In this document: piece after piece, positions 32,389 to 41,259 of the stretch | Layout: each line of letters begins with the position of its first letter | Numbering within the stretch: the first letter of the stretch is position 1 | Origin: Saprospiraceae bacterium | GTDB taxonomy: Bacteria; Bacteroidota; Bacteroidia; Chitinophagales; Saprospiraceae | NCBI GenBank assembly: GCA_029212405.1 | Contig: JARGNR010000005.1 | Span: 2,621 to 66,620 of the forward strand | Length of the DNA stretch: 64,000 bases | Direction of reading: 5' to 3' | Program-made: the position numbers and the translations under genes | The notes under the pieces: generated by a model | The model's input: only the letters and a program-made list of their open reading frames with translations | Databases searched by the model: none | What the model was told of the DNA's origin: nothing

Positions 32389-33498
32389 TTATTTTTTCTT
32401 TAGTAATGCGATAAAATCATCAAATAAATACCTCGAATCATGAGGACCTGGCGATGATTCTGGATGATATTGTACAGAGAAAGCATCTTTTCCAATTACT
32501 TTGATTCCTTCAATAGTACCATCATTTAAGTTTTCATGAGTAATCTCTACCTTGTCTAAATTGGCATGGACTGCATCTGGACTTACCCCAAAACCATGAT
32601 TTTGACTTGTAATTTCACACTTGCCGGTAATTTTATTGATTACAGGGTGATTGATCCCTCTATGACCATGATGCATTTTGTAGGTGGGAATATCGTGAGC
32701 TAAGGCCAAAATTTGGTGCCCTAAGCAAATTCCAAACATCGGTTTATCATCTTTCAACAATTCTTTCACCGTCTCAATGGCATAATCCATAGCCGCAGGA
32801 TCTCCTGGGCCATTAGATAAGAAATAACCATCTGGATTATATGCTCTTATTTCGTCTGCTGTCGATTTTGCAGGGAAGACCTTCAGTGAACACCCTCTCG
32901 CTACAAAACAGTCTAGAATATTTTTCTTTGTACCAAAATCTAAAACGGCTACTTTATATGCTTCGTTGTTCTTTCCATACTCATAAGTAGCATTGGTGCT
33001 GACTTTCGAAGCCAATTCCAATCCATCCATAGAGGGTACTTTCTTCAATTTTTCAGCTAATGAATCTTTGTCAAAATCATCGGTGGAAATGATGCAATTC
33101 ATCGCACCTTTATCTCTTATTTGTTTTACTATGGATCTAGTATCTACATCGTATATCCCGACAATATTCTCTTTTTCAAAATAAGACTGGATATCACTAT
33201 CCGCCGTCATTCTAGAATACTCATTGGTAAAATTCTTACAAACTAAGCCTGCGATTTGGACTCTTTCGGATTCTGTATCTAGATTTGCGGTACCATAATT
33301 TCCAATATGTGCATTGGTCGTAACCATAATTTGTCCGAAATAACTGGGATCGGTAAATACTTCTTGATACCCTGTCATCCCTGTATTGAAACAAATTTCT
33401 CCTGTGGCTTCACCTTTGGCGCCTGCGGCTTTACCTTCAAAAAATGTTCCGTCTTCTAATAGTAAAACTGCCTTATTGGACTGGGAATTTTCAACCAT
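32389..33498 (-). CDS. carA: carbamoyl-phosphate synthase small (glutaminase) subunit
   Basis: Start re-called to MVENSQSNKAVLLLEDGTFFEGKA (ATG at 33498). GATase active site GICLGHQ plus an HPE triad member. Confidence 0.9.
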   Translation of the reverse strand: MVENSQSNKAVLLLEDGTFFEGKAAGAKGEATGEICFNTGMTGYQEVFTDPSYFGQIMVTTNAHIGNYGTANLDTESERVQIAGLVCKNFTNEYSRMTADSDIQSYFEKENIVGIYDVDTRSIVKQIRDKGAMNCIISTDDFDKDSLAEKLKKVPSMDGLELASKVSTNATYEYGKNNEAYKVAVLDFGTKKNILDCFVARGCSLKVFPAKSTADEIRAYNPDGYFLSNGPGDPAAMDYAIETVKELLKDDKPMFGICLGHQILALAHDIPTYKMHHGHRGINHPVINKITGKCEITSQNHGFGVSPDAVHANLDKVEITHENLNDGTIEGIKVIGKDAFSVQYHPESSPGPHDSRYLFDDFIALLKKK

Positions 33499-33523
33499 TG
33501 CTCGTCTTTTTGAATTCGACCGC

Positions 33524-33531
33524 AAATATAG
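33524..33531 (-). promoter_or_regulatory. candidate Bacteroidetes -7 promoter box TATATTTG upstream of carA
   Basis: The minus strand reads TATATTTG, a perfect TAnnTTTG match, 26-33 nt upstream of the re-called carA ATG. The -33 region is only TTTC-like. Confidence 0.35.
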
Positions 33532-33943
33532 CAAAATGATTTAATGTGTATTGAAAATTCATAATCTTTATTGTATATCAAAAATTGCACAATTGATTCA
33601 TATTAGAAGAGGAAAATTACAACATATCTTTTTGAGAGAAGTAAATCATAAAAACAGAAAAAAGGTGCATTTTATTTAATTTAATTTCTCCTGAAATGGA
33701 GGTATTATATTCAAAATAAAATGAAATAATAACCAAAATGAATAGCCTGAATTCCAGATTATTAGGATGGATTAAATATTCCATTTAAAGACAGGTTATG
33801 GCTCCAGTGTGACGAGCTTCGAAGAAGAACCCATTCAGATTCATGCAGCAATATCACCAAATTTATTCAAGGCGAAAATTTTCGTTGTCATTAATAATAA
33901 TCGATAATAAACAATTTAGAGAGAATAAAATCATGAGGTTCAA

Positions 33944-33987
33944 ATAAAAAATTATGATAATACACATTGTCATGTACTATCATAATT
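33944..33987 (-). terminator. possible terminator of the three-gene secreted-protein operon
   Basis: Perfect 10-bp inverted repeat aattatgata / tatcataatt with an 18-nt loop, followed by a T-run on the minus strand. The AT-only stem and large loop make it weak. Confidence 0.3.
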
Positions 33988-34058
33988 AAAGTAAATTATC
34001 CCCAGGACTTAAAATGCCCTTTTTGTAAAATGAGAATGGTTAGCAGCTTGATTTTGTT

Positions 34059-34997
34059 TTAATTTTTAATAAACTTTTTCACCTCTCTATTTTCCAGTCC
34101 AGTAAACTGAATAAAGTACATGCCTGGACTGAATTCTTCAACATTGATGTTTAATTCAGAATCCTTTCCAATTTTCTTTTCCAACATGAGTTGTCCAGAA
34201 GCACTATAAATTTCAAGTTTGTGATATAGCAAATCGGAATTTAATTCTATCATTAAATCGTTGAGCACCGGGTTTGGGTTTATTTTCACTTCGTTTGTCT
34301 CTCCATAAACATATCTGGTATTGGACGCATCATCCATACCTTCGTAATTGGCATTTTCTCCTGAATAATATACCCATTCAAGTGTTCCTGTCTGATCAAA
34401 ACTAAATAAAAATAATATGTCATCATCTTCAATCACGTTCTGTTCACTTACTAGATATGGAGAAGTGCCAGTCAACAAAATATTGTCGGTTTCCTGATTG
34501 GTCGTTTCTAAGATTGAGGGTAAAATATCGTCCAGAATTGTACTTGTGACATTAGTCCGTATATCAAATGTATTATCTTTTAGTATGCCATCATCTTCAT
34601 CATCATTGTATCCAATAAGCATGACGGCACCTACGTGAGCAGGTAAAGCAACTACTTCATGGCAGAAAGTTTTACCCTTAAAACGTTTACATTTCTTTAT
34701 TTCAAAACAAATTTCAGCTGAACATCCATCCGCATTGGTTACCGTCAAACAGTACATACCTTTGGGTAAATCATTGATCATGTTTACTAGATCAGAATTT
34801 GTAAATGTTGTACTTACTGGTCCAGTTAAGACATAGGAGTAAGGTCCGTTGCTATTATCATCTAAGGTAATAGTTATGGATCCATCTGCGGGGCCTGTTG
34901 CATGATTTATTGTTATTGTGATATCTGAGCAAAAGCCAGATGTTAATGAAGCAATCATTATAACAATTGCCATTATATTTTTATATATTATTTTCAT
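34059..34997 (-). CDS. T9SS-sorted surface protein with an SprB-type repeat
   Basis: Start re-called to MKIIYKNIMAIVIMIASL (ATG at 34997, ATGA overlap with the upstream stop). SprB-like GPADGSITITL..GPYSYVL...GMYCLTVTNADGC. C-terminal sorting domain KINPNPVLNDLMIEL...GMYFIQF. Confidence 0.6.
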   Translation of the reverse strand: MKIIYKNIMAIVIMIASLTSGFCSDITITINHATGPADGSITITLDDNSNGPYSYVLTGPVSTTFTNSDLVNMINDLPKGMYCLTVTNADGCSAEICFEIKKCKRFKGKTFCHEVVALPAHVGAVMLIGYNDDEDDGILKDNTFDIRTNVTSTILDDILPSILETTNQETDNILLTGTSPYLVSEQNVIEDDDILFLFSFDQTGTLEWVYYSGENANYEGMDDASNTRYVYGETNEVKINPNPVLNDLMIELNSDLLYHKLEIYSASGQLMLEKKIGKDSELNINVEEFSPGMYFIQFTGLENREVKKFIKN

Positions 34998-35662
34998 TTC
35001 ATTGAGTTTAAATGTGATTTTAAAATAGCCAATTGGTTTTGAGAAATACAATCGTATTGCATGTAATCGTTCAGAATAGTTTCAGCTATACCATTACTTT
35101 TCACTGAGTTTACGGCAGCAAAAATTAGGTTGTCCACTTTGTCCTGATATGTTTCGTCGCATATCTTTTCATTGAGATAATCAAAATAAATCATCGATGG
35201 ATTCTTCATTAAAAACAGAAAAACGGGATAATTAAATAATTCTTCGAATTGACCTTCTTCTGGTTCAAAAATGAATGTATTGATATTTTCTATCAACTGT
35301 TCTAAGCCATACTGATGTTTACTAATGACACTGTAAATACTATCTCTTGCATTTAGCGAAATTTTAGGTGACAATGAATACTCCCATAATTCGTCGATGT
35401 TTTTTCTTATTTTGACATCGATTGAATCCAAATTTGGAAATTTGTGCTTAGTAGTTCTTCTCGAATATAAAATTGATTTGAGTTTTCTAATTTTAGAGAC
35501 AATATCAATCAATTCTGCATCACTTAATGATTTGTGAGCTCTCAAAGCATTCAAAGAATCAATACTTTGTGTTATCTGCTCTTTAGACAACTTACTGACT
35601 TCTTGACATAATAGGTGCTTAAAAGGAAGAACAAATAATATCAGGAATAATAATTTCTTCAT
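34994..35662 (-). CDS. hypothetical secreted helical protein
   Basis: 222 aa with a signal peptide (LLFLILFVLPFKHLLCQ). Begins 1 nt after the upstream gene and overlaps the downstream gene by 4 nt. Confidence 0.45.
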   Translation of the reverse strand: MKKLLFLILFVLPFKHLLCQEVSKLSKEQITQSIDSLNALRAHKSLSDAELIDIVSKIRKLKSILYSRRTTKHKFPNLDSIDVKIRKNIDELWEYSLSPKISLNARDSIYSVISKHQYGLEQLIENINTFIFEPEEGQFEELFNYPVFLFLMKNPSMIYFDYLNEKICDETYQDKVDNLIFAAVNSVKSNGIAETILNDYMQYDCISQNQLAILKSHLNSMK

Positions 35663-35663
35663 A

Positions 35664-37232
35664 TTAGAATGAGTTTAAATTGATGTGCCCCTCTTGAATT
35701 TTGCTTAGTTTTTGATTATTTGATTTGTAGACATCAAATTCTACACTATCCAAATCCTTAAAATCGATACTTCCCTGAGTTATCACTATGCTTAATCCAT
35801 CTGCGCTTCCTACCCAAGAGTCAACACTATTCCAATCCAGAATGGTTCCATTCAAGATACCAGCATTATCTAGCAAAATCCATTGATTTTGAGTCTCTAA
35901 ATAAGTCAATGACCATACTGATGATGTTGCAGTTGCGTTCGCACTTATGTTAAATTCTCCATTTCCTTCAGGGGCAATTCCAAAAGCCGGTCTAACACCA
36001 GTAACACCAGCAATATCATTATCCACTTCCAATTTATTTTCACCCTTTTTAAAGTTGAAAGAAACACTCCATTCTTTGAAAGCCGAAGCTCTTGATCCAA
36101 AAGTATTTTGATCTGGATCGACAATTGGTGGTCTACCTTGAATAGCAACTCTTACAAAATCTTTAAAATTGACACGCTCCATGATAAATGAGAAATCCTC
36201 AAAATATAAAGGTTTGCTTGGTGGATCTTCTACATAAATATAATTATCCGATGGTATAAAATCTTCATCAAAAATAGACGATGTATCATCATTCGGTTTT
36301 TCGTTATCCTGATTACTATCAGATGGAAATTGAAAGCTTGGTAAGTCCGTAATGTCAGTCACACCTTCAACAATAGCTTTTCTCAAACCTTCCTTCTGGC
36401 GAGTCAAATCAAAATTAACAATATCCCCGGCTCCATCAGGGAGTACTTTAAATTCAAATAACATTCTACCTCCAATCGTTTTGTTCTCTGTGCCCCCCTC
36501 GCTTCTATGCTCTCCAAAACCATAAAGTTGTCCATCTGCAGATCTTAGCGTTACATTTACGTGATTTACTAATTTGGAGTAATTAAGATTGGATAATTCA
36601 CCAGACCCTGCTTCAGGAGAATACAGTTTAGTAATATATACATCTTCTACCATGCTCCATACTCCAGTAGCTCTGACCTTATCAATTACTTTCGAATTTT
36701 CATCTAGTAAGTGTAGTTCAATGTCCTGAAGGGAACTACTTTCATTGATAGCTTCAATATAAAGTGTTTTATCTAATTCACTACCGTCAATAACAATTTC
36801 ATTATTCGAATCAAAATTAACCAGCCCTCCCTTTGTCGGAGAAGTCCACATCCGTATATCCCCAGAAATCTTCTTTAGTTTAACCATCGAAACCGTTCCA
36901 CTCTTTTGTCGAACTACAAGTTTCATTAAATCTACTTCATTACGCCCTAAAGCACTCGCAACCACTGATGTCTCCGACAATGAATTGTCTATCAACCCAT
37001 CACCATCAGTATCGTTTTTATTGGCTACGGTTCTCGCACCCACATCGTATTTCTCCCCAGACTCCAGTAATTGTCCTCCTGAGTACTCAGTTCCTGAACT
37101 CCAATCATAAAGTCCATTGTATATGTCTAAAACGACATCGCATTCAAAATTTGCACGAACTACATCTGTCTGTGAATGAGAAAGAGTAATTGCAATAAAA
37201 AATAACACTATAAATGAAATTGATTTTTTCAT
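35664..37232 (-). CDS. hypothetical secreted protein (522 aa) with a thrombospondin-type-3-like Ca-binding motif
   Basis: Signal peptide ending SHSQ. NDTDGDGLIDN motif. No other domain recognised. Confidence 0.5.
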   Translation of the reverse strand: MKKSISFIVLFFIAITLSHSQTDVVRANFECDVVLDIYNGLYDWSSGTEYSGGQLLESGEKYDVGARTVANKNDTDGDGLIDNSLSETSVVASALGRNEVDLMKLVVRQKSGTVSMVKLKKISGDIRMWTSPTKGGLVNFDSNNEIVIDGSELDKTLYIEAINESSSLQDIELHLLDENSKVIDKVRATGVWSMVEDVYITKLYSPEAGSGELSNLNYSKLVNHVNVTLRSADGQLYGFGEHRSEGGTENKTIGGRMLFEFKVLPDGAGDIVNFDLTRQKEGLRKAIVEGVTDITDLPSFQFPSDSNQDNEKPNDDTSSIFDEDFIPSDNYIYVEDPPSKPLYFEDFSFIMERVNFKDFVRVAIQGRPPIVDPDQNTFGSRASAFKEWSVSFNFKKGENKLEVDNDIAGVTGVRPAFGIAPEGNGEFNISANATATSSVWSLTYLETQNQWILLDNAGILNGTILDWNSVDSWVGSADGLSIVITQGSIDFKDLDSVEFDVYKSNNQKLSKIQEGHINLNSF

Positions 37233-37498
37233 AATATACTATTGGTTTAAAAATTATAAAATATGATAGCTTATAAACTGGTTTCAAAGATATTTGAATG
37301 TTGTCCGAAAAAAATGGACATCACCATATCTCTAACAATTTTCCTAATTTTATTGGAAGTTAATATGAGTGGAAAACATTTCACCTTGAAATAAAATTAT
37401 AGAGTTCCAAATTATCGAAACTCTTTATTCAAGAGAACACTACACATATATATCAAACTGACTTATTTAATAATTTTTAGCCTTACTTAGTATTCAGC

Positions 37499-38575
37499 TT
37501 ATTGCCCATCCACCATTCCTCTCATTCCATAAAAGTCTATCGCTTTCTGCTTGAGAGGGTTGGTACTCCATTCACCCCATTCTCCTTTATATGGGTTGTA
37601 ACCACATTTCAGGGGCTTACTTAAAATGTCTTCCGGCTCATCTACATAAGCCCTGCAGTCTGTGCAGATATATCGGAATTCACAGTCTTTACAGACATGG
37701 ATTTTGTCTTTATTAATATTCCAGTATTTTTTAAAGTCTGGATTTTCGACTGCTTCAGTAAGAGTGGTATCTACTATATTCCCAAAGGTCTCTTTCATCG
37801 AAGGGCAGTTTTTAATATTGCCATCTGAGTCTATGGAGATCTTCCGATTGAGACAAGAATTATGATTAAGGGATTCAGTAAACATTTTAATATTGGGATT
37901 TAAACTACCGAAAGTTATCTTTCCACAGGAGTTAATATTTAACTTTTCTTGACTTTGATAAAAAATGTTGTCTTCTTCAAAATAAACAATATCATTGGAT
38001 TCGCAACCAAATGCAGCAATCATCATTATTCTTGGTTCTAAAACGAACAAGCCCTGAATCTCACTTCTTTGTTGCCATCTCACTTTTTTGCACAATATAT
38101 TTATACTTTGAAAAGCAGAATTTTTAAACATTTCCAAAATCTTTTCTAAGTCATCCACCACACAATCAAATAAAACTCTCAACTCCAGAGATTTACAACC
38201 CATCATATTGAGCTCAAAAAGTATTTTTTCAAGTTTATCAGTCTGCCTATCTCCTATTTCAATTATAGCGTTTGATATTGCACCCGGAAAATCCCATTCT
38301 AAAGGCATGGGAATAAAAATGTCTGGACAATCCGAAAAGTGGCCCAAATTATTCAAAACTAGATAGTCCAAAAACTCTTGCAATATTGGCAATTCGTCTT
38401 TTGAAAAGTATTCCACATAACGGGAATGAGGTAAATCTCTAATTTTGTTTAGCGCACCTTCTAGTGCCAACGGAAATTTATAAACTTCATTAAATTGCAA
38501 ATCGCAAATAGCTATTTCTTGAGCGCCTTTTACCACCTTACAGTTTTCAAACAATCGAAATATTTTATTATTCAC
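37499..38575 (-). CDS. SPASM-domain peptide maturase lacking the radical-SAM CxxxCxxC motif (the 'grasp-with-spasm' SPASM partner type)
   Basis: GTG start 2 nt after the preceding stop. The C-terminus has the full 7-Cys SPASM pattern C-x10-G-x4-C ... CKDCEFRYICTDC ... C. No CxxxCxxC occurs anywhere in the 358 aa. Confidence 0.75.
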   Translation of the reverse strand: MNNKIFRLFENCKVVKGAQEIAICDLQFNEVYKFPLALEGALNKIRDLPHSRYVEYFSKDELPILQEFLDYLVLNNLGHFSDCPDIFIPMPLEWDFPGAISNAIIEIGDRQTDKLEKILFELNMMGCKSLELRVLFDCVVDDLEKILEMFKNSAFQSINILCKKVRWQQRSEIQGLFVLEPRIMMIAAFGCESNDIVYFEEDNIFYQSQEKLNINSCGKITFGSLNPNIKMFTESLNHNSCLNRKISIDSDGNIKNCPSMKETFGNIVDTTLTEAVENPDFKKYWNINKDKIHVCKDCEFRYICTDCRAYVDEPEDILSKPLKCGYNPYKGEWGEWSTNPLKQKAIDFYGMRGMVDGQ

Positions 38576-38577
38576 CT

Positions 38578-38757
38578 TTACAATTTTACAATTTGAGAAA
38601 TTTCTTTGTAAAACCTCTCAACATAGAATCCAGGTGTTCCGAATTTATCACAATTGACTCCCTTGGGCTTCGAGTTGTTCTTTTTTACTTTAAAATTTGT
38701 AGTATACTTTAAGGGAATGTACTTTTCCCAACTAAGCTTGTTGACATTATTTTCCAT
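38578..38757 (-). CDS. unannotated 59-aa basic ORF between the ATP-grasp and SPASM genes
   Basis: Hand translation gives MENNVNKLSWEKYIPLKYTTNFKVKKNNSKPKGVNCDKFGTPGFYVERFYKEISQIVKL. The ATG is 3 nt after the ATP-grasp stop, and its TAA is 2 nt before the SPASM GTG. It is one codon below the ORF-track cutoff. Confidence 0.45.
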   Translation of the reverse strand: MENNVNKLSWEKYIPLKYTTNFKVKKNNSKPKGVNCDKFGTPGFYVERFYKEISQIVKL

Positions 38758-38760
38758 ATG

Positions 38761-39630
38761 CTATATTACATTTTTTGCAATTTCCCTATCTATTTGATAA
38801 TTACATGACTTAATTAAGAAATCATATTGTCCATTAGGATTGATTTCCAGAAAATACCAAATACCATCATTGATTATAAAATCAATTGATCCCGTTTTGA
38901 AACCAGTTATAGCCTTAAATTTTCGTGTAGATTCCAAAACATTTTGCGGAACTCGAATTGGTACTTCTCTTCTTATTTTCACGTTCCATATATCTGTAGT
39001 ATGGTCTTCATCTTTGACCACAAATGCCATAGCCCAAAATTTGTCATGAAAGAAAAACATCCGCACTTCGACCTCTCTTTTAATGCATTGTTGAAAGAAA
39101 GTAGGATAGAAATTCTCTTCTAAATGTGCGACATCTTCCTCTTCTATCAAAGATGCCCTAAACGCCATATCATTTTGGCCTTCGATAATATTATGTGGTG
39201 CGCTCAAAGGTTTTGTGATAACCCTAAAGCCATTATCTAAGAACTTTAAAAGTTCGCTTTTCTGAGTAGTTAGTAAATATGCCGGTATTGAATAACCAGA
39301 CTCAGATGCTTTCTTCAACATCAATATTCTAGAGGGCTCTTCAAATTTTCCGGTTCCAATAAATTGCTCTTTATTCGCACTTTCAAAGAATTCATACCAA
39401 TACGCCCTTAATTCCTTATATAGATATTTATGCATCAAGCTTTTTTCAGCTGGAACAGGCAATGAAAACTTACGACTATAGATTATCGATTTATCGTCAA
39501 TTGGCAGTTTGAATTCAGGAAAATTCATCTGATCCAGACAATATCTTTTTGCTGGTTTATCATAATAAACTAACCACTCTTGTAATCTATCACAAGAATA
39601 ATCCCTAGAAATAGTTAAAATAATTAGCAT
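38761..39630 (-). CDS. ATP-grasp ribosomal peptide maturase (the 'grasp-with-spasm' ATP-grasp type)
   Basis: 289 aa. ATP-grasp C-terminal signature GSIDFIINDGIWYFLEINPNGQYDF. Adjacent to the SPASM gene and in a cluster with a GG-leader peptide. Confidence 0.75.
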   Translation of the reverse strand: MLIILTISRDYSCDRLQEWLVYYDKPAKRYCLDQMNFPEFKLPIDDKSIIYSRKFSLPVPAEKSLMHKYLYKELRAYWYEFFESANKEQFIGTGKFEEPSRILMLKKASESGYSIPAYLLTTQKSELLKFLDNGFRVITKPLSAPHNIIEGQNDMAFRASLIEEEDVAHLEENFYPTFFQQCIKREVEVRMFFFHDKFWAMAFVVKDEDHTTDIWNVKIRREVPIRVPQNVLESTRKFKAITGFKTGSIDFIINDGIWYFLEINPNGQYDFLIKSCNYQIDREIAKNVI

Positions 39631-39660
39631 GATTTATCGTAAAATTTAAAAGACTCTACA

Positions 39661-40575
39661 TTACATCCTTATACCTACTTTTTTAGCATAATTGGCAATT
39701 GGTGAAAGTCCAATTTGAAACCTTAAAGAATCCACATTACTTACATCCTCAATTGGATAAAATATATTTCTTTTTTCCTCTTTTGAGAATATTACTTGTG
39801 TTCCATACTTCTGTGGAACTCCTTTTTTTACACATACCTTATCGTACATATAGCTCAATTGATGTGGATTGAAAAGCTGTCGCAATTCGTCAAAATAAGT
39901 ATCCATAAATGAAGGCTCATGATGTAAGAATAAAACAAATAATGCCGACACTCCAAGTGGTCCAATTTTTTCATATTTGGGAACACCATTCTTTTCAATC
40001 ATCTCATTTATTCTTGTCTTGTGATCCTTACAAAGTTCTAACCATGGTAAATTTCTTGCTTCTTCCATTAAATGATTCAAACCTGATTTATTTAATTTCT
40101 CCACAAACTCTTCATCTAATCTCAACTCTAACTCAACGGTTCTAAATTGTTGATCCTCAATATGCATCAATACCAACTCTTTGAGAAGAACAGAGTCTAT
40201 ATCAAGCTTCTTTTTGGAATCATTTCGAATTCCTGTACAATAACTAGTGATGCTTTCAAATTTGATAAATTTATCATCAAAGTAACTATCAGCACACATC
40301 CGATCCTTGGTCCTTGGTTTTAAACCATTAAATTTAGATTCAAAAACCTTGTACTCACCTTCCGCATAAAGAATTTTCAATACTAAATAATTGCCAAATG
40401 ACTGCGTAAAGATGGTGTCTTTATATATGCTGCTGTTGTATTTAACTAATCCCTCAGAATACTTATTTTGATCCAACAAATCATTAAGATCATGAATAAA
40501 ATGCCATTCATCAACTTTAGTTTTTTGAGACAATACCGTTGTTGATATCAACAGAAAAACAATAACCTTAAGCAT
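39661..40575 (-). CDS. secreted hypothetical protein; the C-terminal half resembles a DUF6624-like helical domain (from memory, unverified)
   Basis: Signal peptide MLKVIVFLLISTTVLSQ. Motifs HIEDQQFR, NGVPKYEKIGPLGVSALFVLFLHH and QKYGTQ. Begins 3 nt after the upstream gene. Confidence 0.5.
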   Translation of the reverse strand: MLKVIVFLLISTTVLSQKTKVDEWHFIHDLNDLLDQNKYSEGLVKYNSSIYKDTIFTQSFGNYLVLKILYAEGEYKVFESKFNGLKPRTKDRMCADSYFDDKFIKFESITSYCTGIRNDSKKKLDIDSVLLKELVLMHIEDQQFRTVELELRLDEEFVEKLNKSGLNHLMEEARNLPWLELCKDHKTRINEMIEKNGVPKYEKIGPLGVSALFVLFLHHEPSFMDTYFDELRQLFNPHQLSYMYDKVCVKKGVPQKYGTQVIFSKEEKRNIFYPIEDVSNVDSLRFQIGLSPIANYAKKVGIRM

Positions 40576-40578
40576 GAT

Positions 40579-41259
40579 CTAATTATTTTTAACAGTTGCA
40601 GATGTACCATGATTCTTCAAAGAACTAATCTCTGTGGTCAAATCTCCAAATTGATTAAACACTAAATATCTTGGATAAGCGTGTATGTCAAACTCCTCTA
40701 TAATTTCAGACTTTGGTATTGCGAATACGTCACAATCAATATTGTGCTCTTTTAGTATTGCTTCAATATCGTCTTGTTTACTGAATGTAACTACCTTTAC
40801 TGAGTAACTGCTGAAATCTGATTCCATAAGTCTTTTCAAATGTGGCAAGTCCGTTTTACAATGAACACATTCTTTAAACATGAACATTAAAAGCGATTGG
40901 CCGTGTTGATCCTCACCGATATACTTGCTGATCAGAGTCTTTGACATATCACTATCTCCAAATAATTTATTCTTTGCAAACCTGGTTTTAATAATACTTT
41001 GATTCAGGAAGTTCTTTGGCGCCTTTTTTTCTTCTAGTATTGGCATACTCATTCCACCACCATTATCTTTGATCCCCTGCATCTGAAAGTATCTAATTAT
41101 CGGACCACTATCCTCCTTTTTAAACATTTCTATCGCCTCATTAGCGTTAAATACTCTTCCTTCAAGATCAATCACTTTGTCTAATGAAAGCTGCATATCT
41201 TGGGCGAAGACTATGTTGCATAATAGAATTACCAGAACTATATTAAATAGTTTATTCAT
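40579..41259 (-). CDS. periplasmic TlpA/ResA-like thiol-disulfide oxidoreductase
   Basis: Signal peptide. Thioredoxin-fold CxxC in LLMFMFKECVHCKTDLPHL. Overlaps the upstream gene by 8 nt. Confidence 0.65.
   Translation of the reverse strand: MNKLFNIVLVILLCNIVFAQDMQLSLDKVIDLEGRVFNANEAIEMFKKEDSGPIIRYFQMQGIKDNGGGMSMPILEEKKAPKNFLNQSIIKTRFAKNKLFGDSDMSKTLISKYIGEDQHGQSLLMFMFKECVHCKTDLPHLKRLMESDFSSYSVKVVTFSKQDDIEAILKEHNIDCDVFAIPKSEIIEEFDIHAYPRYLVFNQFGDLTTEISSLKNHGTSATVKNN

Noticed and set aside
37263-37388. 41-aa plus-strand ORF in the spacer between the SPASM gene and the secreted-protein operon
   Set aside because: It is on the opposite strand to all neighbours, has no leader or GG motif, and is short enough to arise by chance in AT-rich DNA.
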